Made by a program: the position numbers and the translations under genes. The notes under the pieces are model-generated. The model had not been told where the DNA came from, made no database searches, and saw nothing but the letters and a program-made list of their open reading frames with translations. Positions 53,752 to 63,400 of a stretch of 64,000 nucleotides of DNA are shown one piece after another (the first letter of the stretch is position 1; each line of letters opens with the position of its first letter). Source of the DNA: Candidatus Eiseniibacteriota bacterium. GTDB lineage: Bacteria; Eisenbacteria; RBG-16-71-46. The DNA lies in NCBI GenBank assembly GCA_041483195.1, contig JBGPFC010000002.1:32001-96000 (forward strand). Direction: 5' to 3'.

Positions 53752-54656
53752 AGCGCCTCGTCATCGTGGTCCTCAACTGGAACGGGCTCGAGGATACGCG
53801 CGCGCTGCTCAACAGCCTCGCGCGATGCCGCGAGCCCGGGGGCTGGAGCGCGTCGGTGCTGGTCGTCGACAACGGCTCGACCGACGGCTCGGTCGCGGCG
53901 CTCGGCGCGGAGTTTCCGCGGATCGCGCTGCTCGCGCTCCCCGACAATTTGAGATTTGCGGGCGGGAACAACGCGGGGGTGCGGCGCGCGCTCGAAGAGG
54001 GCGCGGACGCGGTCATGCTGCTCAACAACGACACCGAGGCCGACCCCGCGCTGGTCGAGCGCATGCTGCTCGCGCTCGACCAGCATCCCGAGGCCGGCGC
54101 CCTGGGCCCGCTCATCTACTACGGCGCCCCGAGCCAGCGCATCTGGTACGCGGGCGGGCGCTGCGTCGTCGGGTGGGGACACACCGCGCATCGCGGGCTG
54201 CGCGATCTCGATCGCGGCCAGTACCGATCGATCGAGTCGACCGGCTATCTCACCGGCTGCTGCCTGCTCGCGCGGCGCGAGGCGTGGGAGCGCGTGGGCC
54301 TGCTCGACGAGCGCTACTTCATCTACGCGGAGGACGCGGACTGGAGCCTGCGCGCGCGTCGCGCGGGGCTGCGCCTGCTGTTCGTGCCCACCGCGCGGCT
54401 CTGGCACAGGGTGAGCGCGACCGCCGGCGACGCGAGCCCGTGGAAGATCTATCAGCGCTCGCGCGCGAACCTCACGCTTTACGCACGCCACGCGCGCGGG
54501 GTCGCGAGGGTCACGTGGATGCCGGCGTTTCTCGCGCAGCAGCTCGCGCTCGCGGCGTGGCTGCTGGTCCGGGGCCGGGGCGCGGCCGCGGTCGCGGTGC
54601 CGCGCGCGTTGTGGGACGCGGCGCGCGGGCGGCCCCCCGCGGCGGTGGCGCCGTGA
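53748..54656 (+). CDS. Glycosyltransferase family 2 (rhamnosyltransferase-like)
   Basis: VLNWNG, VDNGSTD, FAGGNN, LLNND, GCCLL, YAEDADW. Confidence 0.9.
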   Translation: MKRLVIVVLNWNGLEDTRALLNSLARCREPGGWSASVLVVDNGSTDGSVAALGAEFPRIALLALPDNLRFAGGNNAGVRRALEEGADAVMLLNNDTEADPALVERMLLALDQHPEAGALGPLIYYGAPSQRIWYAGGRCVVGWGHTAHRGLRDLDRGQYRSIESTGYLTGCCLLARREAWERVGLLDERYFIYAEDADWSLRARRAGLRLLFVPTARLWHRVSATAGDASPWKIYQRSRANLTLYARHARGVARVTWMPAFLAQQLALAAWLLVRGRGAAAVAVPRALWDAARGRPPAAVAP

Positions 54657-55498
54657 GCGCGCCCGAGTGGGTGCGCAAGCCGGCGCGCGGGCCGGGCGAT
54701 CCTCCGCTCTTCCTCTACGAGATGGTGGACGCGGCGGCGGCCGGCGCGCGCGTGCTGGACGCCGGCTGCGGGCCGGGCTCGTGGGACTACCCGCGGCGGC
54801 CGGATCTCGCGATCACCGGCTTCGACGTGAAGTTTCCTCCCGGCCCGCCCGCGCGCGGCCCGCGGGTCACGGTGTTCCGCGGCGACCTCGCGCGGCTGCC
54901 GCTACGCGATGGGAGCTTCGATCTCACGGTGTGTCACTACGTGCTCGAGCACGTCACCGCCCTCGGCGCGTGCTGCGACGAGTTGGCCCGCGTGACGCGC
55001 GCCGGGGGCTCGCTCTACCTCTCGGTCCCGCGGGCCGCGGCCTTCGACGACCGGCTCTACCGTTTCGCGGGATACTTCGCGAAGTTCGCGCTGCTGAAGC
55101 TCCGCAAGCGGATCGAGCACCAGCAGCGCTTCGACTTCGAGATGCTGGTCTCGCTGTTCGCCGCGCGCGGATTCGAGCCGGTCGCGCTGGCGCGCGTGCC
55201 CGCCGGGTTCTCGTGGATGAACGACGCGCGCACCAGGTCCCTGCAGGGACCGTTCACCGACACGCTCGCTTTGCTCCACCGCGTGACGGGGATCGATCTG
55301 GCTCGCGACGCCAACTTCGTGCTCGCGTTCGTGAAGAGTGGGAGGGCCGGCGCGCGCCGCGTCCCGGCGGAGCGCCGCGTGACGCACGTGTGCCGCGCCT
55401 GCGGCGAGCACAGCGTGCTCGATCCGCCGCGCCCGTGGCCGGCGCGCTGGAGCTGCCCGTGGTGCGGGGCCGTGAACCCGTTCGGGAGGCCGCGGTGA
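54653..55498 (+). CDS. Class I SAM-dependent methyltransferase with C-terminal Zn-ribbon
   Basis: VLDAGCGPG, GDLARLPLRDGSFD, VLEHV; CRAC...CPWC at the C-terminus. Confidence 0.8.
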   Translation: MSAPEWVRKPARGPGDPPLFLYEMVDAAAAGARVLDAGCGPGSWDYPRRPDLAITGFDVKFPPGPPARGPRVTVFRGDLARLPLRDGSFDLTVCHYVLEHVTALGACCDELARVTRAGGSLYLSVPRAAAFDDRLYRFAGYFAKFALLKLRKRIEHQQRFDFEMLVSLFAARGFEPVALARVPAGFSWMNDARTRSLQGPFTDTLALLHRVTGIDLARDANFVLAFVKSGRAGARRVPAERRVTHVCRACGEHSVLDPPRPWPARWSCPWCGAVNPFGRPR

Positions 55499-55559
55499 CC
55501 GGCGCGACGCGATGCGCCGGGGCGCACGCCACGCGGCCCGCGAGCCTCCGGGAGTGCCC

Positions 55560-57008
55560 ATGCGCGAAGCATTGAAGAAGCTCACCGGCGAGTCGCTGAT
55601 CTACGGCGTGGGTCAGGCGAGCGGCCGTGCCGTGCAGCTGCTGCTGGTGCCGCTGCTCACGCGTCTGCTGGATCCCCAGGCGTTCGCCGTTGGCGACCTG
55701 ATGATGGCGTACTCGCAGACCGCGATCCTGGTCATGGTGTGCGGCATGGACGGCGCGCTCGCGCGATTCTTCTACCAGGAGCCCGATCGCGAGGCCCGCA
55801 TCCGAATGGCCTCCTCCTCGCTCGTCTTCCGGCTCGCGACCGGCACCGTGGTCGCGGGGCTGCTGTGGCTGCTGGCGGCGCCGCTCGCGGCGTTGCTGGT
55901 GGGCAACGCGGTGTACGCGAAGTACGTGCGGATCGGGGCGGTGACGATCCCCTTCACGCTCCTCGTCCTGTTCGGCAACGACGTCCTGCGGGTGACATTT
56001 CAGCCCGGAAAATTCGTCGCGCTCAACATCACCCAGACGATCCTGGTGGGCGCGTGCTCGCTCTGGTTCGTGTGGCGCATGCATCTCGGCGTGGTGGGCG
56101 TGCTCTACGGACGGTTGCTCGGCGACGCCGCGAGCGCGGCGATGTCGATGGTGCTGGTGCGGCACACCGTGCGCCCGCGCTTCAGCTCCGCCGCGCTGAG
56201 GCGCATGCTGGCATACGGCGCTCCGGCGGTGCCCGCCATGTTCGCGTACGGCCTGATCGCTTCGGCCGACCGCTTCGCGCTGCAGCGCTGGTGCTCGCTC
56301 GAGGCGGTCGCGGTGTACGCGGTGGCCATCAAGTTCTTCGCGGTCGTCGCCATCGGCGTCTCCGCGTTCCAGCTCGCCTACGGCCCGTTCGCGTTCGCGC
56401 GAGCGCAGACGCCGGATGCGCCGCGATTGTTCGCGCGCGTGTTCGCGGCCTACGTCGTCGCCGCGTGCCTGGGCGCGCTGCTGGTCGCGGAGTTCGCGCC
56501 GGCGATCCTCGGGGTGCTGGTGCCGGCGAGCTACGCGGGCGCCGCGTGGCCGGCGGCGTGGCTCGCCTTTGCGGCGGTCGCGCTGGGCGCATACACTGTG
56601 GCCTCGATCGGCATCGGCCTCGCGCTGCGAACGCCGCTCCTGAACTGGTGCGCCGGCGGCGCCGCGCTGGTGGCCATCTCTGGAAACGCCCTCCTCACCC
56701 CGCGCTTCGGTCCTTCGGGGGCTGCGGTCGCGACCCTGCTCGGGTACGTTGCCTCGTCGGTGATCACGTATGGGATCGCGCAGCGCGTTCATCCGCTGCC
56801 GTATCGAGGCGGGCGTCTGCTGGCGGTCTTCTCGCTCGCGCTCGCGCTCGCGCTGGGCGCGCAGCGATTCGCGCCGCCGGGCGCCGCGGGAGTAGCGGTC
56901 AAGCTGGGCGCCGCGCTGGTGTTCGTGGCGGCCTGCGCCCGGCTCGGGATGTGGACGGTGCGTGGCTCGGTGGCGGCCGAGCGCCCGGGAGACACGTCGC
57001 GCGCATGA
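55560..57008 (+). CDS. wzx: Wzx-like oligosaccharide flippase
   Basis: SLIYG N-terminus, PLLTRLL, YGAP..ADRF..YAVA.KF; about 12-14 TM helices. Confidence 0.85.
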   Translation: MREALKKLTGESLIYGVGQASGRAVQLLLVPLLTRLLDPQAFAVGDLMMAYSQTAILVMVCGMDGALARFFYQEPDREARIRMASSSLVFRLATGTVVAGLLWLLAAPLAALLVGNAVYAKYVRIGAVTIPFTLLVLFGNDVLRVTFQPGKFVALNITQTILVGACSLWFVWRMHLGVVGVLYGRLLGDAASAAMSMVLVRHTVRPRFSSAALRRMLAYGAPAVPAMFAYGLIASADRFALQRWCSLEAVAVYAVAIKFFAVVAIGVSAFQLAYGPFAFARAQTPDAPRLFARVFAAYVVAACLGALLVAEFAPAILGVLVPASYAGAAWPAAWLAFAAVALGAYTVASIGIGLALRTPLLNWCAGGAALVAISGNALLTPRFGPSGAAVATLLGYVASSVITYGIAQRVHPLPYRGGRLLAVFSLALALALGAQRFAPPGAAGVAVKLGAALVFVAACARLGMWTVRGSVAAERPGDTSRA

Positions 57009-57038
57009 GCGCGGCGGCCTGAAGAGGAGGCGCTGGGG

Positions 57039-59117
57039 ATGTGCGGAATCGCGGGACTGTACGAGACGCGCGGACGAGCCGACCTCGGACGTCTCTCGCA
57101 GATGTCGCGGCTGTTGCGGCATCGCGGGCCGGACGACGAGGGCATCGTGCTCATCGATCCCGGCGCCGGACAGAGCGTGACGCTGGGCGGCCCGGACACG
57201 CCGGCCGACGTGTATGCGAGCGCGCATCCCTACGCACCGGGCCGCACCGCGGGGGCACGGCGCGACGCGCGCCTGGGCATCGGCCTGCTGCACCGGCGGC
57301 TCTCGATCGTGGATCTGAGCCCGGGCGGCCATCAGCCGATGTGCGACGGCGCCGGGCGGCTCTGGATCACGTACAACGGCGAGATCTACAACTACGTCGA
57401 GCTGCGCGCCGAACTCGAGGGGCTGGGCGAGCGCTTCACGAGCGCCAGCGACACCGAGGTCATCCTCGCGGCGTATCGCCGTTTCGGACCCGATTGCCTC
57501 CAGCGTTTCAACGGAATGTTCGCGTTCGCGCTGTGGGACGGAGAGCGCCACGAGCTGTTCTGCGCCCGCGACCGCTTCGGCGTGAAGCCGTTCTATTATC
57601 AATGGGACGGCGCGCGGTTCGCGTTCGCGTCCGAGCCGCGCGCGCTGGTGCTCACCCAGCCTCGCCGCATCGCGGCGCGGCTCGAAGCGGTGCGCGACCT
57701 GATCGCGCTCGACTGGGTGGATCACGAGGCCCACACGTTCTTCGAAGGGCTGCTGGCCCTGCCCGCCGCGCACTCCCTCACGTTGTCCGAGCGCGGGCTC
57801 GCGCTGCGGCGCTGGTGGTCGCTCGATCCCGGCGCGCGCGCGACCGGAGACCCGCGGGAATGGACCGCAACGTTCGAGCGACTCTTCACCGACGCGGTGC
57901 GCGTGCGCCTGCGGGCCGACGTCGAGGTGGGGTCGTGCCTCTCGGGGGGCCTCGATTCATCGGCGGTCGTGACGACGGCGTCGCGCATCGCGGCGCGCCC
58001 GCTGCACGCGTTCAGCTGCGCCTACGACGAGGGCCCGACGTTCGACGAGCGGGCGTTCGCGCGGCTCACGGTGGACGCGAGCGGAGCGATCCCGCACGTG
58101 GTCGTGCCGGACGGCGCGGATTTCTGGAGCGCGTTCGACCGCCTGCACGACCTGCAGGGCGAGCCGACCGCGGGCCCCGGGCTCTATTCGCAGTGGAAGG
58201 TGATGGAGCTGGCGCACGGCGCGGGGCTCAAGGTGCTGCTCGACGGACAGGGCGGCGACGAGACGCTCGCCGGCTACTTCCGTTACCTGCCGATCCGGCT
58301 CCGAGATCTGCTCTCCGCCGGGAACTTCGGGGGCTTCGCCGCGCTGTGGGGCGGCGTATCGAACCGGCTCGGAGCCTCGACCGCGCTCGCACTCACGTTC
58401 GAGCCGTGGCTTCCGTCCGCCCTGATCGCCCCGCTGCGTCGCCGCTTCGGACAGGGGAAGGACCGCGTGCTGGGTGAGGCCATGCGCGCCCTCCCGCCGC
58501 GCGGACTGCCGCGCCCGCCCCGCGGGTGGGAAAGCGGGCTCCAGCGGCAGCTCGCGTTCGACACGCTGCAGCGTCTGCTGCCCTCGCTGCTCCGCTACGA
58601 AGACCGCAACAGCATGGCGTTCTCGATCGAGACCCGACTCCCGTTCCTGGACTACCGGCTGGTCGAGTTCGCGTTCTCGTTGCCAGACGACCAGCGGCTC
58701 GATGGGATCACGACCAAGGCCATCATGCGCCGCGCGCTCGCGGATCGCGTGCCGGCTCCGGTGCTGGATCGCAAGGACAAGATGGGTTTCGAGACGCCCA
58801 CCGACCTGTGGTTGCGCGGACGCTTCGCCGCCGAGGCGCGACGCCGGCTTGGATCCCCCGGCCCGCTGCACGAGTGGCTCGATCCCGCCGCGCTCGGGGC
58901 GGAGCTCGACGGCTACCTGTCCGGCCGTCGCGCGATCGGGCTTCAGGTCTGGCGCTGGCTCGCGCTCGAGTCATGGACGCGCCGCTACCTGGTCTCGGAT
59001 CCCCGGGTCAACGAGCGCGGTTCGGAACCCGCGCTCCACGCGGGCCGCCATCTCCAGTATGCCGAAGTCGTGGAGCGCCGAGCGCGCGAAGCTGCGCTCG
59101 CCGGCCGGCCCGCCTAG
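57039..59117 (+). CDS. asnB: Asparagine synthase (glutamine-hydrolysing)-family amidotransferase, probably glycan-modifying
   Basis: MCGIAG, HRGPD, RLSIVDLS, NGEIYN, RDRFGVKP, LSGGLDSS, DGQGGDE, RLPFLD. Confidence 0.92.
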   Translation: MCGIAGLYETRGRADLGRLSQMSRLLRHRGPDDEGIVLIDPGAGQSVTLGGPDTPADVYASAHPYAPGRTAGARRDARLGIGLLHRRLSIVDLSPGGHQPMCDGAGRLWITYNGEIYNYVELRAELEGLGERFTSASDTEVILAAYRRFGPDCLQRFNGMFAFALWDGERHELFCARDRFGVKPFYYQWDGARFAFASEPRALVLTQPRRIAARLEAVRDLIALDWVDHEAHTFFEGLLALPAAHSLTLSERGLALRRWWSLDPGARATGDPREWTATFERLFTDAVRVRLRADVEVGSCLSGGLDSSAVVTTASRIAARPLHAFSCAYDEGPTFDERAFARLTVDASGAIPHVVVPDGADFWSAFDRLHDLQGEPTAGPGLYSQWKVMELAHGAGLKVLLDGQGGDETLAGYFRYLPIRLRDLLSAGNFGGFAALWGGVSNRLGASTALALTFEPWLPSALIAPLRRRFGQGKDRVLGEAMRALPPRGLPRPPRGWESGLQRQLAFDTLQRLLPSLLRYEDRNSMAFSIETRLPFLDYRLVEFAFSLPDDQRLDGITTKAIMRRALADRVPAPVLDRKDKMGFETPTDLWLRGRFAAEARRRLGSPGPLHEWLDPAALGAELDGYLSGRRAIGLQVWRWLALESWTRRYLVSDPRVNERGSEPALHAGRHLQYAEVVERRAREAALAGRPA

Positions 59118-60244
59118 TGGATCTCGTCGTCCTCTCCGAGGTGCGATGGGGATACTTCCGGACGCGGAAGCAGTTTCTGCTCTCGCGATTTCCCGAGCGC
59201 TGGCGCGTGTTCTTCGCGCAGCCCCCCGCATTCGGCGCGGACGATCCCTGGTCGCCGCGGCGCGAAGGCAACGTCACCTATTTCACGGTGCCCTTCCTCA
59301 AGCCGGGCACCACGAGCGCGCTCTACAACCGCGCGATCGACGCGCGGCCGGGCCGCGCGCTGGTGGAATGGTTCGCCGAGCGAGCGCTGCGCGCGCGGCT
59401 GCGAGCGCTGGGCGTCGAGCGGAACCCGGCGGTGCTGGTCTCGAACATCTACTGCCCGGGCGCGCTTTCGCGGCTCTCGCGCAAACTGGTATTCTATGAC
59501 TTCAACGACAGTCCCTTTCAGTTCGCCCGGGTGCCGGAATGGGCGAAGGACTACTGGCGGCGCACCTTGCGCGAGGTGGATGCCCTGTTCGTGGTCTCTG
59601 AGTATTACCGCCGCCAACTCGCGGCGGAGACCGCCAAGCCGCTGATTCCGCTCGGCAACGGCGTGGAGTTCGCGCACTTCGAGGCGCCGCGCCCGGCTCC
59701 GCCCGAGCTTCGGCGTCTGCCCCGTCCGCTGATCGGCTACGTGGGGCTGCTCTCGCACTTCCTGGATTTCGAGATGCTCGAGGGCCTGAGGCGGGAACGC
59801 CGGGGGGGAACGCTCGTGCTGATCGGGCCCGGGACCCCGGCGACCGGCGCGGCGTTGAAGGAATTCGCGGCGCGCGAAGGCGTCGCGCTGATCGGCCCGC
59901 GCCCCTACGCCGAGATCCCCGCCTGGATGCAGGCGCTCGACGTTGGCGTCATTCCGTTCCGGGCGGGCGATCCGTTCGTGCAGGGAATCAACCCCAACAA
60001 GGTGTACCAGTACCTGGCGTCCGGATTGCCCGTGGTCACCACGCCGGTGCTCGATCTCGAGCCGTCGCCGCCGCACCTGCAGTTCGCCACCGATGCCGCG
60101 ACGATGACGGCCGCCGTGCACCGCGCGCTCGAGGCGCCCGCCGAACGCGAGGCGCGGCGAGCGCTCGCGCGGCCCCACGACTGGGGCGTGCTCGCCGCGC
60201 GCATGGTCGACGAGATCGAGCGCCGCCTCGATCGGGCGTCGTGA
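59117..60244 (+). CDS. GT-B glycosyltransferase (TuaH-like)
   Basis: RKQFL, YDFND, GNGV..HF, IGYVG, DVGVIPF, NPNKVYQYLASGLPVV. Confidence 0.85.
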   Translation: MDLVVLSEVRWGYFRTRKQFLLSRFPERWRVFFAQPPAFGADDPWSPRREGNVTYFTVPFLKPGTTSALYNRAIDARPGRALVEWFAERALRARLRALGVERNPAVLVSNIYCPGALSRLSRKLVFYDFNDSPFQFARVPEWAKDYWRRTLREVDALFVVSEYYRRQLAAETAKPLIPLGNGVEFAHFEAPRPAPPELRRLPRPLIGYVGLLSHFLDFEMLEGLRRERRGGTLVLIGPGTPATGAALKEFAAREGVALIGPRPYAEIPAWMQALDVGVIPFRAGDPFVQGINPNKVYQYLASGLPVVTTPVLDLEPSPPHLQFATDAATMTAAVHRALEAPAEREARRALARPHDWGVLAARMVDEIERRLDRAS

Positions 60245-62679
60245 GCCGGCCCGCGGGTTCGAGACCGCGAGAGACCGTGGCCGATCGCAAGACTCCGAGA
60301 CGCGAACCGCGGAAGTCCGGGCCGTCGTTCTCGCTGACCACGGGGTGGGCCGCCGCGATCATCGCGCTGCTGGTGGTGGTGTTCTTCCATCAGGTCGCGC
60401 TCGAGGGCAAGACGTTCGTCTCGCCCGACACCACCGCGCCGGTGGGCTTCGTCCGCATGGGGGAGCGCTCGCTCGATCAAGACCACGTCTACCCGCTGTG
60501 GAATCCCTACGTGTTCCTGGGCATGCCCTCGTTCGCCAGCGGCGCTTACAACCCGCTGATCTATCCCCCCGACTGGCCGCTCGCGCTGGTGCAGAAGGTG
60601 ATTCCGCTTCCCGACATGTCGTGGATGCTGCTCTACTATTTCATCGGCGGGCTCGGGCTCTTCCTGCTCGCGCGCGAGTGGGGGGCGCGCCCCGAGGGCG
60701 CGCTGCTCGGGGCGGTGGGATTCGTGTTCGCGCCCAATCTGGTGGCGGTGGGTTCGCACGGGCACGGCAGCCAGCTCGTGGACTCGGCCTATCTGCCGAT
60801 CATGATCTGGCTGGCGACGCGTTGGCTGCGCCGCGGGGGCCTCGCACACGTCGCGTGGCTCGCGCTCGCGGGCGGCTTCCAGCTGCTGCGCGGTCACGTG
60901 CAGATCTGCTTCTACACATGGATCGCGATCGCGTTGTACGCCGGGGTCGAGTGGCTCGGCGCGCTGCGGCGCCCGGGCGACCTGCCACGCGTCACCGCCC
61001 GCGTGATCGCGGTGGGCGCCGCCGCCGCGCTCGCGTTCGGCATCTCGGGGTTCTACAGCCTCCCGCTGCGCGACTACGCGCGCTGGTCGATTCGCGGCAG
61101 CGCGGAGGGCGGCGGCGTGGGAATGGAATACGCGACCCAATGGTCGCTCGCCCCGTTCGAGCTGCCATCGATGCTGGTGCCGGGCTGGGCGGGCTTCGGC
61201 GGACAGACCTACTGGGGCGCGATGCCGTTCACCGACTACCCCAACATCTACCTCGGCACCATCGCGGTGATCCTCGCGGTCCCCGCGTTCCTCGCGGGCG
61301 GCACGGCGCGCGTCTTCGCGCTCACGCTCGGGCTGTTCGCGCTGCTGGTTTCGTTCGGAAAGAACTTCCCGCTCTATGGACTCCTCTACGATCACCTGCC
61401 GCTCTTCAACAAGTTCCGCGTGCCCGTCATGGTGGTGCTGCTCGTGCAGCTCGCGGCCGCGCTCGGCACAGCGTGGGGGGCGTCCGCCGTGCTCGATGTA
61501 CAGCCGTCCAACGCGCGCAAGCCCGCGTCGGTCGACCGGCTGCTGCTGGGCTCGGCCGTCGTGCTGGGAATCGCGCTGGTGGTAGGGGGGCTCGGCCAGG
61601 ACGCGTGGCGCGGGGCGTACGTCGGATTCGCGCTCGGCCACCACGGAGGTTACTCGCCGGAGCTCGCGGGCCTCGCGTATCAGGGATTCGTGTCGGACCT
61701 GGTCCGGGTCGCGCTGCTCGGGTTGCTCGCCGTCTTCGCGGCGTGGCTCGCGCGCCGCGGCAAGCTCACGGTCTCGGTGGCCGGGCTCGCCCTGCTGGTG
61801 CTGATGCTGGCCGAACTGTGGCCGGTTAGCGCTCGCGTCATGCAGCCGGTGATCGGAGACGTGGTGCCGCACCGTATGGACGCGGGCCGCGACGACCTGG
61901 TCGAATTCCTCGAGCAGGCGGGACCGCCGGGATCGTTCCGCATCCTTCCGCTGCAGGAATTCCAGAGCAACCGGTTCGCGGGTTTCGGCATCGCGTCGGT
62001 GGGAGGGGCGCACGCCGCGAAGCCGCGGCTGTTCCAGGATTTCTACGAATCGAACTTCGTCGACAATCTGGCGTGGATGCGCCTGCTCAACGTGCGCTTC
62101 ATCGTGTCCGGCCGGCCGCTCCAGCCGCTGCCGCCCTATCTGAAGCCGGCGCACGAGGGCACGGGCTACGCCTACGAGAATCTGGTCGCGCTCCCGCGCG
62201 CGACGGTGGTGGGCGCCTGGCGCGTGGTCTCCCCGGCGCGCGCCATCCTGGATTCGGTCGCCTCCGGCGCCCACGATCCGGGGTCGTTCACGTTCCTCGA
62301 GCGGGAACCCGGAATCGCGCCGGGCGACGTGTCCGGGGCCAAGGCGACGATCGCGTCGTACCGGCTCAACGACGTGACGGTCGAGGTGACCATGCCGCGC
62401 CCGGCGCTGCTGCGCCTCGCGGATCTCTGGTACCCGGACTGGGGCGTGACCGTGGACGGACGTCGTGCCGAGCTGCTGAAGGCCGACGACCTGCTGCGCG
62501 CGGTCGCGGTCCCGGCGGGGCGGCACCGCGTCGTGTTCCGCTTCGAATCGCCGGCCGTGCGCAGCGGTCTCATGCTCTCGCTCGCAAGCCTGGCCGTCGT
62601 CGTTGCCCTGCTCGGCTTCGGCACGCTCGCGAACCGCAAGCCACCGCCCGCGGGCGCCGTGGCGGCGAAGGCGGCGTGA
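60241..62679 (+). CDS. YfhO-family GT-C membrane protein
   Basis: PLWNPYVFLGMP, GHVQ, FNKFRVP, C-terminal WYPDW.VTVDG..LRAVAVPAGRH.V.FRF; the start may be GTG 60277. Confidence 0.87.
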   Translation: MSRPAGSRPRETVADRKTPRREPRKSGPSFSLTTGWAAAIIALLVVVFFHQVALEGKTFVSPDTTAPVGFVRMGERSLDQDHVYPLWNPYVFLGMPSFASGAYNPLIYPPDWPLALVQKVIPLPDMSWMLLYYFIGGLGLFLLAREWGARPEGALLGAVGFVFAPNLVAVGSHGHGSQLVDSAYLPIMIWLATRWLRRGGLAHVAWLALAGGFQLLRGHVQICFYTWIAIALYAGVEWLGALRRPGDLPRVTARVIAVGAAAALAFGISGFYSLPLRDYARWSIRGSAEGGGVGMEYATQWSLAPFELPSMLVPGWAGFGGQTYWGAMPFTDYPNIYLGTIAVILAVPAFLAGGTARVFALTLGLFALLVSFGKNFPLYGLLYDHLPLFNKFRVPVMVVLLVQLAAALGTAWGASAVLDVQPSNARKPASVDRLLLGSAVVLGIALVVGGLGQDAWRGAYVGFALGHHGGYSPELAGLAYQGFVSDLVRVALLGLLAVFAAWLARRGKLTVSVAGLALLVLMLAELWPVSARVMQPVIGDVVPHRMDAGRDDLVEFLEQAGPPGSFRILPLQEFQSNRFAGFGIASVGGAHAAKPRLFQDFYESNFVDNLAWMRLLNVRFIVSGRPLQPLPPYLKPAHEGTGYAYENLVALPRATVVGAWRVVSPARAILDSVASGAHDPGSFTFLEREPGIAPGDVSGAKATIASYRLNDVTVEVTMPRPALLRLADLWYPDWGVTVDGRRAELLKADDLLRAVAVPAGRHRVVFRFESPAVRSGLMLSLASLAVVVALLGFGTLANRKPPPAGAVAAKAA

Positions 62680-63395
62680 TGCAGACCCTCGTCATCATTC
62701 CCACCTACAACGAGATCGAGAACATCGACGAGTTGCTGCCGCGCCTGCTCTCGCTGCCGCTCGACCTGCACGTGCTGATCGTGGACGACCACTCTCCGGA
62801 CGGCACCGCGGCGGCCGTGAAGCGCTGGATGGAACGCGAGCCGCGCATTCACATGCTCGAGCGCCCGGGCAAGCTCGGGCTCGGCTCCGCCTACCGCGAT
62901 GGTTTCCGATTCGCGCTCGCGCAGGGCGCCGAGTACATCTTCGAGATGGACGCCGATTTTTCCCACGACCCGGACAGCATCGGCGATTTCCTGAAGCACG
63001 CGCAGGAGGCGGACGTCGTGCTGGGATCGCGCTATTTGCACGGTGTGACGGTCGTGAACTGGCCCCTCAAGCGCCTGATCCTCTCGTATGCCGCCAATCT
63101 GTACACCCGGGTGGTGACCGGACTGCCGGTCAACGACGCGACCGGAGGCTTCAAGTGCTTTCGGCGCAGGGCGCTGGAGGGGATTCGACTCGAAAGGGTG
63201 CGGTCGGACGGTTATGCCTTCCAGATCGAGATGTCTTTCAAGTGTTGGAAGCGGGGCTTTAGAATCAAGGAGATCCCCATCCTGTTCGTGGACCGCCGCG
63301 CCGGGGAATCGAAGATGAACCGCCGCATCATCTGGGAGGCGGCATGGATGGTGTGGCGCCTGCGGCTGCTGGACCTGTTCGGCCGGGTGGAGTGA
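62679..63395 (+). CDS. Polyprenol monophosphomannose synthase (Ppm1/DPM1-like)
   Basis: IIPTYNE, VDDHSPDGT, KLGLGSAY, EMDADFSHDP, GSRY, DATGGFKCFRR, GYAFQIEM. Confidence 0.92.
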   Translation: MQTLVIIPTYNEIENIDELLPRLLSLPLDLHVLIVDDHSPDGTAAAVKRWMEREPRIHMLERPGKLGLGSAYRDGFRFALAQGAEYIFEMDADFSHDPDSIGDFLKHAQEADVVLGSRYLHGVTVVNWPLKRLILSYAANLYTRVVTGLPVNDATGGFKCFRRRALEGIRLERVRSDGYAFQIEMSFKCWKRGFRIKEIPILFVDRRAGESKMNRRIIWEAAWMVWRLRLLDLFGRVE

Positions 63396-63400
63396 GTGTC

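Noticed and set aside
57039..59117. AsnB as a lasso-peptide cyclase or RiPP enzyme
   Set aside because: It has an intact N-terminal Cys glutaminase domain, sits among glycosyltransferases, and has no precursor, B protein or RRE nearby.
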